Positions 49,964 to 57,971 of a DNA stretch of 64,000 nt are shown one piece after another. This DNA is from Cyanobacteria bacterium auto_48_18 (GTDB lineage Bacteria; Cyanobacteriota; Vampirovibrionia; Obscuribacterales; Obscuribacteraceae), in NCBI GenBank assembly GCA_036170915.1, contig JAVHQC010000029.1:32001-96000 (forward strand). The letters are read 5' to 3'. Every line of letters starts with the position of its first letter. Position 1 is the first letter of the stretch. The position numbers and the translations under genes were made by a program. The notes below the pieces were generated by a model. It had not been told where the DNA came from. It was given only the letters and a program-made list of their open reading frames with translations, and did not search any database.

Positions 49964-50236
49964 CTAGGCTTTAGAGTCAAAGCCAATCGCCGAAGCAAAT
50001 ACATTGATGGCGCTGATGCGATCCTCGCCTACATACTCTTCTCGTCTGACAATGTCGCTTTCGTCAGCGCCGCGATATTCAGTGAGCGTGTAGACAATCG
50101 GCTCGTGCAGGCTCTTTTCTAAGCGATAGAGGTTACCGTTCACACCGTCAGCGCCAATCAGCCCCCAGACACCGTCAAGTGCTTTGACAATATCTTCCAT
50201 AGTGTGTGGCCACTGAGCCCGTTTAACTATCATCAT
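49964..50236 (-). CDS. Small hypothetical protein upstream of herA
   Basis: GGAGA RBS, 90 aa, ends 9 bp before the herA start. Confidence 0.75.
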   Translation of the reverse strand: MMIVKRAQWPHTMEDIVKALDGVWGLIGADGVNGNLYRLEKSLHEPIVYTLTEYRGADESDIVRREEYVGEDRISAINVFASAIGFDSKA

Positions 50237-50355
50237 CTTTCTCCATCCGACCCTTAGCGATTCACAAACAGAACTAACGAGAAACCTGGACGACCATCAT
50301 ATATCAATGATATGACCGGTACGGTTTATCGTGGAAGCGCTTAAGAAAAAAAATT

Positions 50356-50437
50356 TGTCCGGAAAGGGACTTGAACCCTCAAGGCTTGCACCACACGCAC
50401 CTCAAGCGTGCGCGTCTACCAATTCCGCCATCCGGAC
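50356..50437 (-). tRNA. tRNA-Leu(GAG)
   Basis: Acceptor stem GTCCGGA...TCCGGAC-A, D-arm GGCGGAATTGGTAGACGC, anticodon arm CACGC-TTGAGGT-GCGTG, variable arm and GGTTCAAGTCC. Confidence 0.96.
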
Positions 50438-50615
50438 ATTCCTCTGCAACTGCTCACCGTCCAGATTGCTCTGGAGAACTTTTAAACCAATAGCCAAATT
50501 GAGGTATCGGCGGCCACTGGTCGAAAAATAAGGTGAATTTTTCAGTTTAGGATACTTGAGCCCTGAGGCCCAAGGTTCACTAGTTCATCATGCGCAAGCG
50601 GTCACTGTCAATACT

Positions 50616-50643
50616 GCGGAACTTTCGCCGATCACTTTGCGTC
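50616..50643 (+). promoter_or_regulatory. Putative ECF sigma-factor promoter (GGAAC-N17-CGTC)
   Basis: GCGGAAC-tttcgccgatcactttg-CGTC lies about 200 bp upstream of the DUF151 gene. Same pattern as 2342-2369. Confidence 0.45.
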
Positions 50644-50842
50644 CCCTGCATTTAGGCCTGTTGAACCCGTCCAGCTGCCGCAGCATAGGGTTTGAACAAT
50701 GGTTAACAGAAGTAAAACTAACGAGAAGCCAGTAACAGTCAGGGTTTTCACTAGAGAATTTATCTGTGGCATACATAAAATAGCTCAAACTGGGCATACA
50801 GAAAATAATTCGCGAAAAGTCCAAAACCGGGAATTTCACTTA

Positions 50843-51358
50843 ATGATTGAAATGTTTGTATATGGAATCGCCTTCGACGGCCGCACGGGACAACCAATTG
50901 TTGTACTCAACGATTCGACCAAAAGGCGAGCTCTACCCATATGGATTGGACCTTTCGAAGCTTCGGCTATTGACAAGGCTCTGAATAATCACAAACCTGA
51001 ACGGCCCATGACCCATGACCTGCTGCTCAACACAATTACTACATTGGGTTACAAGGTCGACCGCATTGAAATCAACGAACTGGCCTCAAGCACCTATTTC
51101 GCCACTATTTTGATCAAAGTTAACGACCCCAGCCAGAAGCTCAACGAAACCAAGCCTCTAGACGCCCGGCCGTCTGACGCCATTGCCATCGCCTTGCGGG
51201 CCAAAGTGCCGATTTTTGTCTCGGCTCAGGTGGTGGCTGACGGCACCATTGCGGCAGATCACCAAAAAGACGAAGAAGAAGCCAAACAATTCAAATCGTT
51301 CATCGACGGCTTAAAGGCTTCTGATTTTCACAAACCAGGCGGCGGCCTGTCGGAGTAA
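50843..51358 (+). CDS. Bifunctional nuclease family (DUF151) protein
   Basis: LPIWIGPFEA, RPMTHDLL and DARPSDAIAIALR. Confidence 0.92.
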   Translation: MIEMFVYGIAFDGRTGQPIVVLNDSTKRRALPIWIGPFEASAIDKALNNHKPERPMTHDLLLNTITTLGYKVDRIEINELASSTYFATILIKVNDPSQKLNETKPLDARPSDAIAIALRAKVPIFVSAQVVADGTIAADHQKDEEEAKQFKSFIDGLKASDFHKPGGGLSE

Positions 51359-51362
51359 TTTT

Positions 51363-51881
51363 CTACTGCGGCTGAGCCTTGCGCTTATTGTAAGTGACTG
51401 ATTTTTCGCTGACAATCAGCCAGCGGCCCGTTTTGTCTTGCTGTAGAAACCAGGTTACCTTAACACCAGCATGACCGCTGGATCCGTGAAAAATTACCTC
51501 TACTGCCGGTGCGCCCGCCAGCTCCGTTTTTTTAAATTTAGGATGGCCGAAGCTTTCCTCATTCTTTAAAGCACTTAGATGCTCGTCTTTAAAAGCTGCG
51601 GCTATCTCTTTGGCCAGGCCATCACGATCAAGTTTTTGCCAGCGAACGTCGCCGCGTTCGCGCTCAACACCTGCCTCAATGTTGGCGGCCGGGGCGTAGA
51701 GTTCAATTAGTTTGGCGTCACCGGCGAGATCAAGCTTCTTATACTGTTCAAACACTTGCCGCGCTTCGGCGAATTCTTCAGCCTTTGATTCTGCATTAGA
51801 AGGAGAAATCGCACCACCAGCAATGCACAGCAGCAGGCTTGAAAGGCCAGCAAGAATACTTGCGCTTGATTTATCTTTCAT
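51363..51881 (-). CDS. Secreted NTF2-like hypothetical protein
   Basis: Signal peptide, LIELYAPAA and terminal GRWLIVSE typical of NTF2/SnoaL folds. Confidence 0.65.
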   Translation of the reverse strand: MKDKSSASILAGLSSLLLCIAGGAISPSNAESKAEEFAEARQVFEQYKKLDLAGDAKLIELYAPAANIEAGVERERGDVRWQKLDRDGLAKEIAAAFKDEHLSALKNEESFGHPKFKKTELAGAPAVEVIFHGSSGHAGVKVTWFLQQDKTGRWLIVSEKSVTYNKRKAQPQ

Positions 51882-51883
51882 CT

Positions 51884-52234
51884 TTAGCCTTTTCTTTTAA
51901 GAGCAGCACTGAGAGCGGTTTCCAGCGTGGCAATTTTGGCCTCCAGCTGTTTTTCTTTGTCAGATTGAATCTCCACAGCAAGTTTGGCATCTTGAGTTTG
52001 CCACTGCAATTGCTTAGCTTCAGATTTCAATTCTTTCGATCGAATTTTCCAGATGCAAAAAACAGTGACGGCACCCAGGGCAAAAAACTTGAGCACAATT
52101 AAGGCTAAAGGTATTTGCAATGCCGCACCAGCAATGGCGTAGGCAACCGTGGTAGAGGTAGTGGTGGCCATAAAGAAAAGTGTGAATAAAACTGAGAGTG
52201 CTGCCACAGCTATGAACAGATATTTGGGAAGCAT
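51884..52234 (-). CDS. Small membrane protein with a C-terminal coiled coil
   Basis: Two hydrophobic segments followed by heptads; embedded in the operon. Confidence 0.7.
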   Translation of the reverse strand: MLPKYLFIAVAALSVLFTLFFMATTTSTTVAYAIAGAALQIPLALIVLKFFALGAVTVFCIWKIRSKELKSEAKQLQWQTQDAKLAVEIQSDKEKQLEAKIATLETALSAALKRKG

Positions 52235-52247
52235 AATTCGGAAGACC

Positions 52248-53291
52248 CTATTTTAGTTTGGCCAGTAAACGCTCAAAATCTTGAGGCAGCTCAGCTTGAA
52301 ATTCTAACAGCAAACCCGAGACCGGGTGGCGCAAAGTCAAACGGGCGGCATGAAGGGCTTGCCCTACTAAACCCAGCTTGTGCCGGGCTTCAAGACTGCC
52401 CGAGCTTTTCTTATTGTAAACAACGTCACCTACCACCGGTAAATTAAGGCTGGCCATATGCACTCTAATCTGGTGAGTGCGCCCGGTTTCAAGCTGGCAT
52501 TCCACCAGACAATACTTAGTAAAAAATTTCATTATTTGATAATGGGTTCGAGCAGACCGGCCCCGTTCACCGGCTTTGACAATAGTCATTTCTTTGCGCT
52601 TCACCGGATGCCTGCCAATAGGTGCGTCAATGCTGCCGCTTTCTACCGCCGAAACCCCCTCTAGAAGTGCGAGATAAACCCTTTTGGCTTCTTTATTTTG
52701 CAATTGCTGAGACAGCCCCTGATGAGCGACATCGGTCTTTGCCACCATAATTAAGCCACTGGTATCTTTATCGAGCCGGTGCACAATTCCCGGACGAATT
52801 ACTCCACCAATTGAAGACAGCCTGCCCTGGCAGTGATACAGCACGGCATTGACCAGAGTGCCGCTGCTTACTCCAGCTCCAGGGTGAGTCACCATTCCCG
52901 CGGGTTTATTAATGACCAGCAAATGTTCGTCTTCAAAAACAATATGCAGGGGAATATTCTCAGGCTGCGCCGCCAGCACCTCTGGTGGTGGCACTGTCAC
53001 GATCACCTTATCGCCATCTTTTAATTTCAAACTGGCTCTGGCACTGACGCCGTTCACTGTCACCTGACCGTCATCAATTAATTTTTGCACGCGAGCGCGA
53101 CTGAACTCGGTCTGCCCGGTCAAATATTGATCCAGTCGATTACGATCATATTGCGACGCACTATAAGTTAGTTCTATTAGTTCTAACTCTTGCTCGTGCT
53201 CTTGCTCGTGCTCTTGCTCTTGCTCTTGCTCTAGTTCTTGTCCTAGTTCTTGCTCTTCGTCGTCATCTCTAGGACGCATTTTTTCTTCCAT
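52248..53291 (-). CDS. rluD: RluA/RluD-family pseudouridine synthase
   Basis: S4 domain (RLDQYL...SRARVQKLI), NKPAGM, HRLDKDTSG, TGRTHQIRVH and QALHA. Acidic (EQ/EH)n N-terminus. Confidence 0.9.
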   Translation of the reverse strand: MEEKMRPRDDDEEQELGQELEQEQEQEHEQEHEQELELIELTYSASQYDRNRLDQYLTGQTEFSRARVQKLIDDGQVTVNGVSARASLKLKDGDKVIVTVPPPEVLAAQPENIPLHIVFEDEHLLVINKPAGMVTHPGAGVSSGTLVNAVLYHCQGRLSSIGGVIRPGIVHRLDKDTSGLIMVAKTDVAHQGLSQQLQNKEAKRVYLALLEGVSAVESGSIDAPIGRHPVKRKEMTIVKAGERGRSARTHYQIMKFFTKYCLVECQLETGRTHQIRVHMASLNLPVVGDVVYNKKSSGSLEARHKLGLVGQALHAARLTLRHPVSGLLLEFQAELPQDFERLLAKLK

Positions 53292-53766
53292 CTAAAAACA
53301 AAAACTGAATAATAATCAGCACCACACCTGTGTCAATTAAGGCGTCTGCCACATTGAAAATAGGAAAGGAGAAAAAAGAAAATTCAAGAAAATCAGTCAC
53401 CTTGCCTTGCACAAAGCGCTCATATAAATTTCCACAAGAGGCGCCTATAATCAGGCCCGCGCCAAGGCGTTCAAGTATGGCAGGCCGCTCGGCTCTATAA
53501 ACTCTCATCAGCCCCCAGACCAAAAAGCCGGCAGTATACAGGCAGGCGATGGCAGTCATCAAAGGTGCATGACCACGCCCCAATGAAAAGGCAGCACCAG
53601 TATTCATAGTCAAATTGAACTGCAATAGACCAGGCAGAAATGGCACCATCTGCCCCTGGGTCAAATGATCAAGAGCCCAGATTTTAGAAAGTCGATCAAG
53701 GACAAACGCGATTGTACCTGCACCAGCCATTATGGCTAGTTCATTTTTTGATTTCAGCCGAATCAT
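53269..53766 (-). CDS. lspA: Lipoprotein signal peptidase II
   Basis: DRLSK, NTGAAFS, GNLYER, VTDF and FPIFNVADA. Confidence 0.94.
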   Translation of the reverse strand: MIRLKSKNELAIMAGAGTIAFVLDRLSKIWALDHLTQGQMVPFLPGLLQFNLTMNTGAAFSLGRGHAPLMTAIACLYTAGFLVWGLMRVYRAERPAILERLGAGLIIGASCGNLYERFVQGKVTDFLEFSFFSFPIFNVADALIDTGVVLIIIQFLFLDGRKNAS

Positions 53767-54859
53767 CTTTAACTTCGGCTCCGGACTTATCAGCGTTTTT
53801 CTCCGCCGACTGATCAGATTTGTCTGATTTGTCTAGCTTGTCAGACTTATCTGACTTGTCTAGTTTGTCAGATTTATCAAGTTTATCGGCTTTGTCGGTG
53901 ACTTTAAGCTCTGCTTTTACATCACTGTCAGCCACTTGCACTTCATCTTTTACATGTGAATGCTCAGGAATGACATTCATTCTGCGTGTGAGAAAAGAGA
54001 CGCCCATAACTGATGTGCGCATAGGGTTTGTCAAAATTACTGTGGCGGTGAGCAGCTCGTTGCGATTTTCAGCGTTAGCGCCCATGACGCGCTCCAGCAC
54101 CGGTTGTTCAAGGGGGCGAGGGCTATCAGTGGGAGTTGGTTGCGGATAACGCAGTGGTTGGCTGGTGATGGAACCTACAGCAAAAAGACCTGGAGGCAAA
54201 TTAACTTCGAGACGCGCCGAATATTGTTTGCCCGCTTTTACCTGCTCTGGGGCGGTGAATACAGCGTTCAATTGTTTGGCCAGGCCAAAGGCGACTTTGA
54301 CTTTTTCATAGTCGATACGATCGCCCACAATTTTCCAGCTGGTACCGAAACGTTTTAAATAAGTCTGACTTTCAGAAAGAGATTGCAGTTCACCTTTGCT
54401 GCCCATGCCCACACCAGGCATGTTTTTCTCAGTGGTGCCTGAGGCCATGTCACGCGATTCTACCGTGGCATTGTTCCCTTCAATTCTTATCTGTTTAGTC
54501 TTCGAAACAGACTTGGCGTCAGGATAAGTCTTCCAAAATTCTTGGGTTAATTTCAATACTGCTTTTTTATCAAGGCCATCATTGTTGATGTAATCATCAG
54601 CATAGTTGGCCATAACGCCTTCGAGATTATGCGCATTCCATAAGGTCTCGATGTTGGCGAAGGTGGCTTCGATTTCTTTGCGTTCGCGCTCGTGCTCTTT
54701 GTCGTCACCATCAATACTGAACTCTGGCGTAGCAAGCGTAATTGCCGGAGAAGTTTCAAGGGCTAAGGCCGGCGAAAAAGCACTGGAAGAAAAAATCAGG
54801 GTACCAAGCAAAGCGGTACTTGCGAGAAGCGAAACAGGAAAGCGCGCAGTTGGTTTCAT
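53741..54859 (-). CDS. Secreted NTF2-family protein with a (DKS/DKL)n tail
   Basis: Signal peptide, WNAHNLEGVMANYADDYINNDG, APEQVKAGKQY and a low-complexity tail. Confidence 0.78.
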   Translation of the reverse strand: MKPTARFPVSLLASTALLGTLIFSSSAFSPALALETSPAITLATPEFSIDGDDKEHERERKEIEATFANIETLWNAHNLEGVMANYADDYINNDGLDKKAVLKLTQEFWKTYPDAKSVSKTKQIRIEGNNATVESRDMASGTTEKNMPGVGMGSKGELQSLSESQTYLKRFGTSWKIVGDRIDYEKVKVAFGLAKQLNAVFTAPEQVKAGKQYSARLEVNLPPGLFAVGSITSQPLRYPQPTPTDSPRPLEQPVLERVMGANAENRNELLTATVILTNPMRTSVMGVSFLTRRMNVIPEHSHVKDEVQVADSDVKAELKVTDKADKLDKSDKLDKSDKSDKLDKSDKSDQSAEKNADKSGAEVKDDSAEIKK

Positions 54860-55004
54860 ATGTGGTATCACTGATGACCTGAATGGGGCACAAAACACAA
54901 ATTTCTGATGATTTCACCAGAGCTTCGAACAATATTATATCCGTATGTTCTCTTTAGAACCGCTCAGCTTGTGCAATACTGAGACAAAACTTGCATTTAT
55001 GGTC

Positions 55005-55038
55005 AAAGAGAAGGAGACCGGCTGGCCCCCTTCTCTTT
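55005..55038 (-). terminator. Intrinsic terminator after mdh
   Basis: AAAGAGAAGG...CCTTCTCTTT stem 20 bp downstream of the mdh stop. Confidence 0.65.
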
Positions 55039-55058
55039 AGATTAGTTCTTCAAATTAA

Positions 55059-56003
55059 TTAAACGGCAACCAGCAGCTGATTCATCAGGTCGATATTTTC
55101 TTTAATCGACTTAGCAGAGGCGTTGAGCGCGTCTTGCTCTTCTTTGTTCAACTTCAGGTCTACGATTTTCTTCACGCCTTCTTTGCCCAGCACGCATGGC
55201 AGGCCAATGTAGACATCTTTCAAACCATAAGCGCCGTCAGCTTGGACGCAGCATGGCAACAAACGATTCTGATCTTTCAAAATCGACTCTACCATTTGCA
55301 CTACAGAGCGGCCTGGAGCGTAATAAGCGCTGCCGGTCTTGAGCAAATTGACAATCTCTGCTCCGCCATTTTGAGTGCGTTTGGTCATTTCGTCTATTTT
55401 GGCCTGGGGCAAGAATTCAGATATTGGAATGCCATTAACGGTGGCAAAGCGGGTCAGTGGCACCATCAAATCGCCGTGCCCACCAAGAACCATGGCCCGT
55501 ACATCTTGCACTGAGAAACCGGTTTCCATGGCGATGAAAGCCTGGAAGCGAGCCGAGTCAAGTACTCCGGCCATGCCGATAACACGTGAAGCAGGCAATT
55601 TTGTGGTTTTCCAGGTGAGGTAAGTCATCACGTCAAGCGGATTGGAAACTGTGATGAAAATGGCATCTGGTGAGTGTTTAATTGCTTCTTTAGCAACACC
55701 TTGAACGATATTGGCATTGATTTTGAGCAGTTCATCGCGCGACATTCCAGGTTTTCTGGCAATACCGGCGGTAATTACAACGATGTCAGAACCTTTAGTA
55801 GCGGCATAATCATTCGAACCGACCACTTCGCAATCATGACCGGTGATTGGTGCTGCTTGCATCATGTCGAGAGCTTTACCCTGGGGCATGCCTTCTACAA
55901 CATCTACCAGGCACACATCTGCAATATCTCTATCTGCCAGATACTGGGCCACGGTGGCTCCCACAAATCCGGCTCCTACAACTGTAACTTTGCTCACGAG
56001 CAT
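55059..56003 (-). CDS. mdh: Malate dehydrogenase (LDH-like type)
   Basis: GAGFVG, TAGIARKPGMSRDEL (MDH-specific Arg), SNPLD, GVLDSARF and GGHGD. GGAGGA RBS before ATG 56003. Confidence 0.96.
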   Translation of the reverse strand: MLVSKVTVVGAGFVGATVAQYLADRDIADVCLVDVVEGMPQGKALDMMQAAPITGHDCEVVGSNDYAATKGSDIVVITAGIARKPGMSRDELLKINANIVQGVAKEAIKHSPDAIFITVSNPLDVMTYLTWKTTKLPASRVIGMAGVLDSARFQAFIAMETGFSVQDVRAMVLGGHGDLMVPLTRFATVNGIPISEFLPQAKIDEMTKRTQNGGAEIVNLLKTGSAYYAPGRSVVQMVESILKDQNRLLPCCVQADGAYGLKDVYIGLPCVLGKEGVKKIVDLKLNKEEQDALNASAKSIKENIDLMNQLLVAV

Positions 56004-56247
56004 GTCCTCCGACCACAAACAAAAGGTACGACCAGAGACTGAGGTTAACACGGCCTTTGCCAATTTCCGGCCTAGCTTAAGCTAGGCTTCATAAGTAGGT
56101 AGAATTGTGCAAGCAAAACGCGAGGTAATCACGCGCATAAGCTGTTAGTCCTTGGTAGTGACTAGTGAAATCACGGTGCATATTTTTTGCGACTCTAAAC
56201 TAGAATGTAATTATGGTTGTTCTACTGACTACAGGCAAAAAGGCCCA

Positions 56248-57039
56248 ATGCGGAAATACACGAGAGTTGCCAAGGAAAGCAAAGGCTTAATTGCCAGACC
56301 TTTCCACTTGCCCTGCTTGGCAATGGCGGCCGCTTTCACACTTACCATCGCACCTGCTCTTCTGCCGCTTTCGCTATCTGCCGGAGCCCGGGTGGCTGCA
56401 GCCGCAGAGGTAGACGACAAAGCGGCCAGCAAATTTACCGGCAAGGCAGAAATTAAGGCAGAACCAGTATTCAAGCCCGATGTGCCCAAGCTTGACTCAC
56501 TCGAACAAGCCGCAGCTAATTCCACCCTTAAAGGCACTATCGAGCACCGGTCGGCCAAAATTGCCCCGCCCCCACGCAAACCGAAAAAACTCAGCGCCAC
56601 TGCCGCAAAACCCGCGGAGAATCCACTTAACGGCATGTTGCGGGCCCAAAAAGACAAAGAACGGGCAATCAAACTTAAAGCCCAAAATCAAGCTTTTGAC
56701 CTCAAAGAAGAATTCACCATTCCGCAGTCTATTGGCATTATTGGTGTCAAATTCTTCAAACCCATCGACGGGCCGGCCGTGATAAACACAGTTTTCAGCG
56801 GCACCCCCGCGGCTAAAGCCGGCATGCAAGTGAACGATATGATTGTGGCGGTTGATGGAGTGCCCACCCGCAATCTAAGCAAAGATCAGTGTTATGACCT
56901 GATTGTGGGTTCCCCAGATACACCAATTACAGTTTCGGTGATGCGCCGCACCAATTTTGGCGTTAAGCAAATGGTGCGTATGGACTTCAATGACATTCCC
57001 GACCCTATGGTGCGCCGCGATTATCTCAACAGCCTCTAA
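56248..57039 (+). CDS. Secreted PDZ-domain protein
   Basis: Signal peptide and C-terminal PDZ (GIIGVKF, GTPAAKAGMQVNDMIVAVDG). The start codon is uncertain. Confidence 0.8.
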   Translation: MRKYTRVAKESKGLIARPFHLPCLAMAAAFTLTIAPALLPLSLSAGARVAAAAEVDDKAASKFTGKAEIKAEPVFKPDVPKLDSLEQAAANSTLKGTIEHRSAKIAPPPRKPKKLSATAAKPAENPLNGMLRAQKDKERAIKLKAQNQAFDLKEEFTIPQSIGIIGVKFFKPIDGPAVINTVFSGTPAAKAGMQVNDMIVAVDGVPTRNLSKDQCYDLIVGSPDTPITVSVMRRTNFGVKQMVRMDFNDIPDPMVRRDYLNSL

Positions 57040-57096
57040 GTCTTGGCAACAACCAGCTCTTCATAAAGAAGTGGGTCAAATGCTAAACTTGAGCCA

Positions 57097-57969
57097 ATGA
57101 AATTATGTTTTGATGCCACCAAATTTGGTTGCGGATTAGATGGAGCTATAGAGCTGGCGAGCGCCAAAGGCATCAAAGCCGTGGAGTTTTCCTTTGCTCC
57201 ATTTGCACCGGCCAAGGCCAATAAGAAAGCAGATGACAAGGAGAAAAAGTTCTTTCAGGCAGCCTGCCAGGCTGCTTTAGAAAAAGACGTCGAATTCGCC
57301 TGTCTCAATCTAGATTATTGCCTTGACGCCGGTGATAAAAAATCAGTCAAAGAATTTTTGCCCATGATTGAAAAACTGGCTGATGTAGCAGGCAATCTGG
57401 GCTGCAAGAAAGTATCATTTTTTATCAAGCCACATAGCGACGACAATTGGACAGAACCATTTGCCCAGCTTTATCCAGCATTGCAAACCAGCCTTGCTGC
57501 CTTCAATGTGACACCACTTTTACGCTTATCGACACCTACTGAATACCGCGGCGTCAGTTTAAAAAAATGGCGAGCCATGGATCCACAAGAATGGCGCACA
57601 CTTATTTCTTCCTGCCCTGGCCTCGGTCTAATCTATTCACCTGCCGATTGTCTCTGGCAGGGCATTGAATATCTAGCCAATCTGTCTGCTTTTGCCAGCG
57701 CCATTGATCATGTGGTGGCACACGATGTAGAAATTAATCGCACCATTCTTGCCGACAGCGGTACTTTCGGACCCTTGTGGTGGAACTATCGCCTGGCCGG
57801 AAAAGGGCATGTAGATTGGCGTCAGGTCATTGAAGCTTTAAAACTGTATGGCTACATGGGCAGTTTTTCAATGCAATTTGACGATGAATTTTTAGCCGAT
57901 GACGAACTGTCTCTCGACCAGGCGCTCGACGAATCGAAACGCCACTTTGCCCGTCTTTTGCGAGGTTAA
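57097..57969 (+). CDS. Sugar-phosphate isomerase/epimerase (xylose-isomerase-like TIM barrel) homologue with degenerate metal site
   Basis: G..AVEF, WQGIEY, WWNYRLAGKGHVDW and ALKLYGYMG scaffold motifs. Confidence 0.75.
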   Translation: MKLCFDATKFGCGLDGAIELASAKGIKAVEFSFAPFAPAKANKKADDKEKKFFQAACQAALEKDVEFACLNLDYCLDAGDKKSVKEFLPMIEKLADVAGNLGCKKVSFFIKPHSDDNWTEPFAQLYPALQTSLAAFNVTPLLRLSTPTEYRGVSLKKWRAMDPQEWRTLISSCPGLGLIYSPADCLWQGIEYLANLSAFASAIDHVVAHDVEINRTILADSGTFGPLWWNYRLAGKGHVDWRQVIEALKLYGYMGSFSMQFDDEFLADDELSLDQALDESKRHFARLLRG

Positions 57970-57971
57970 CT

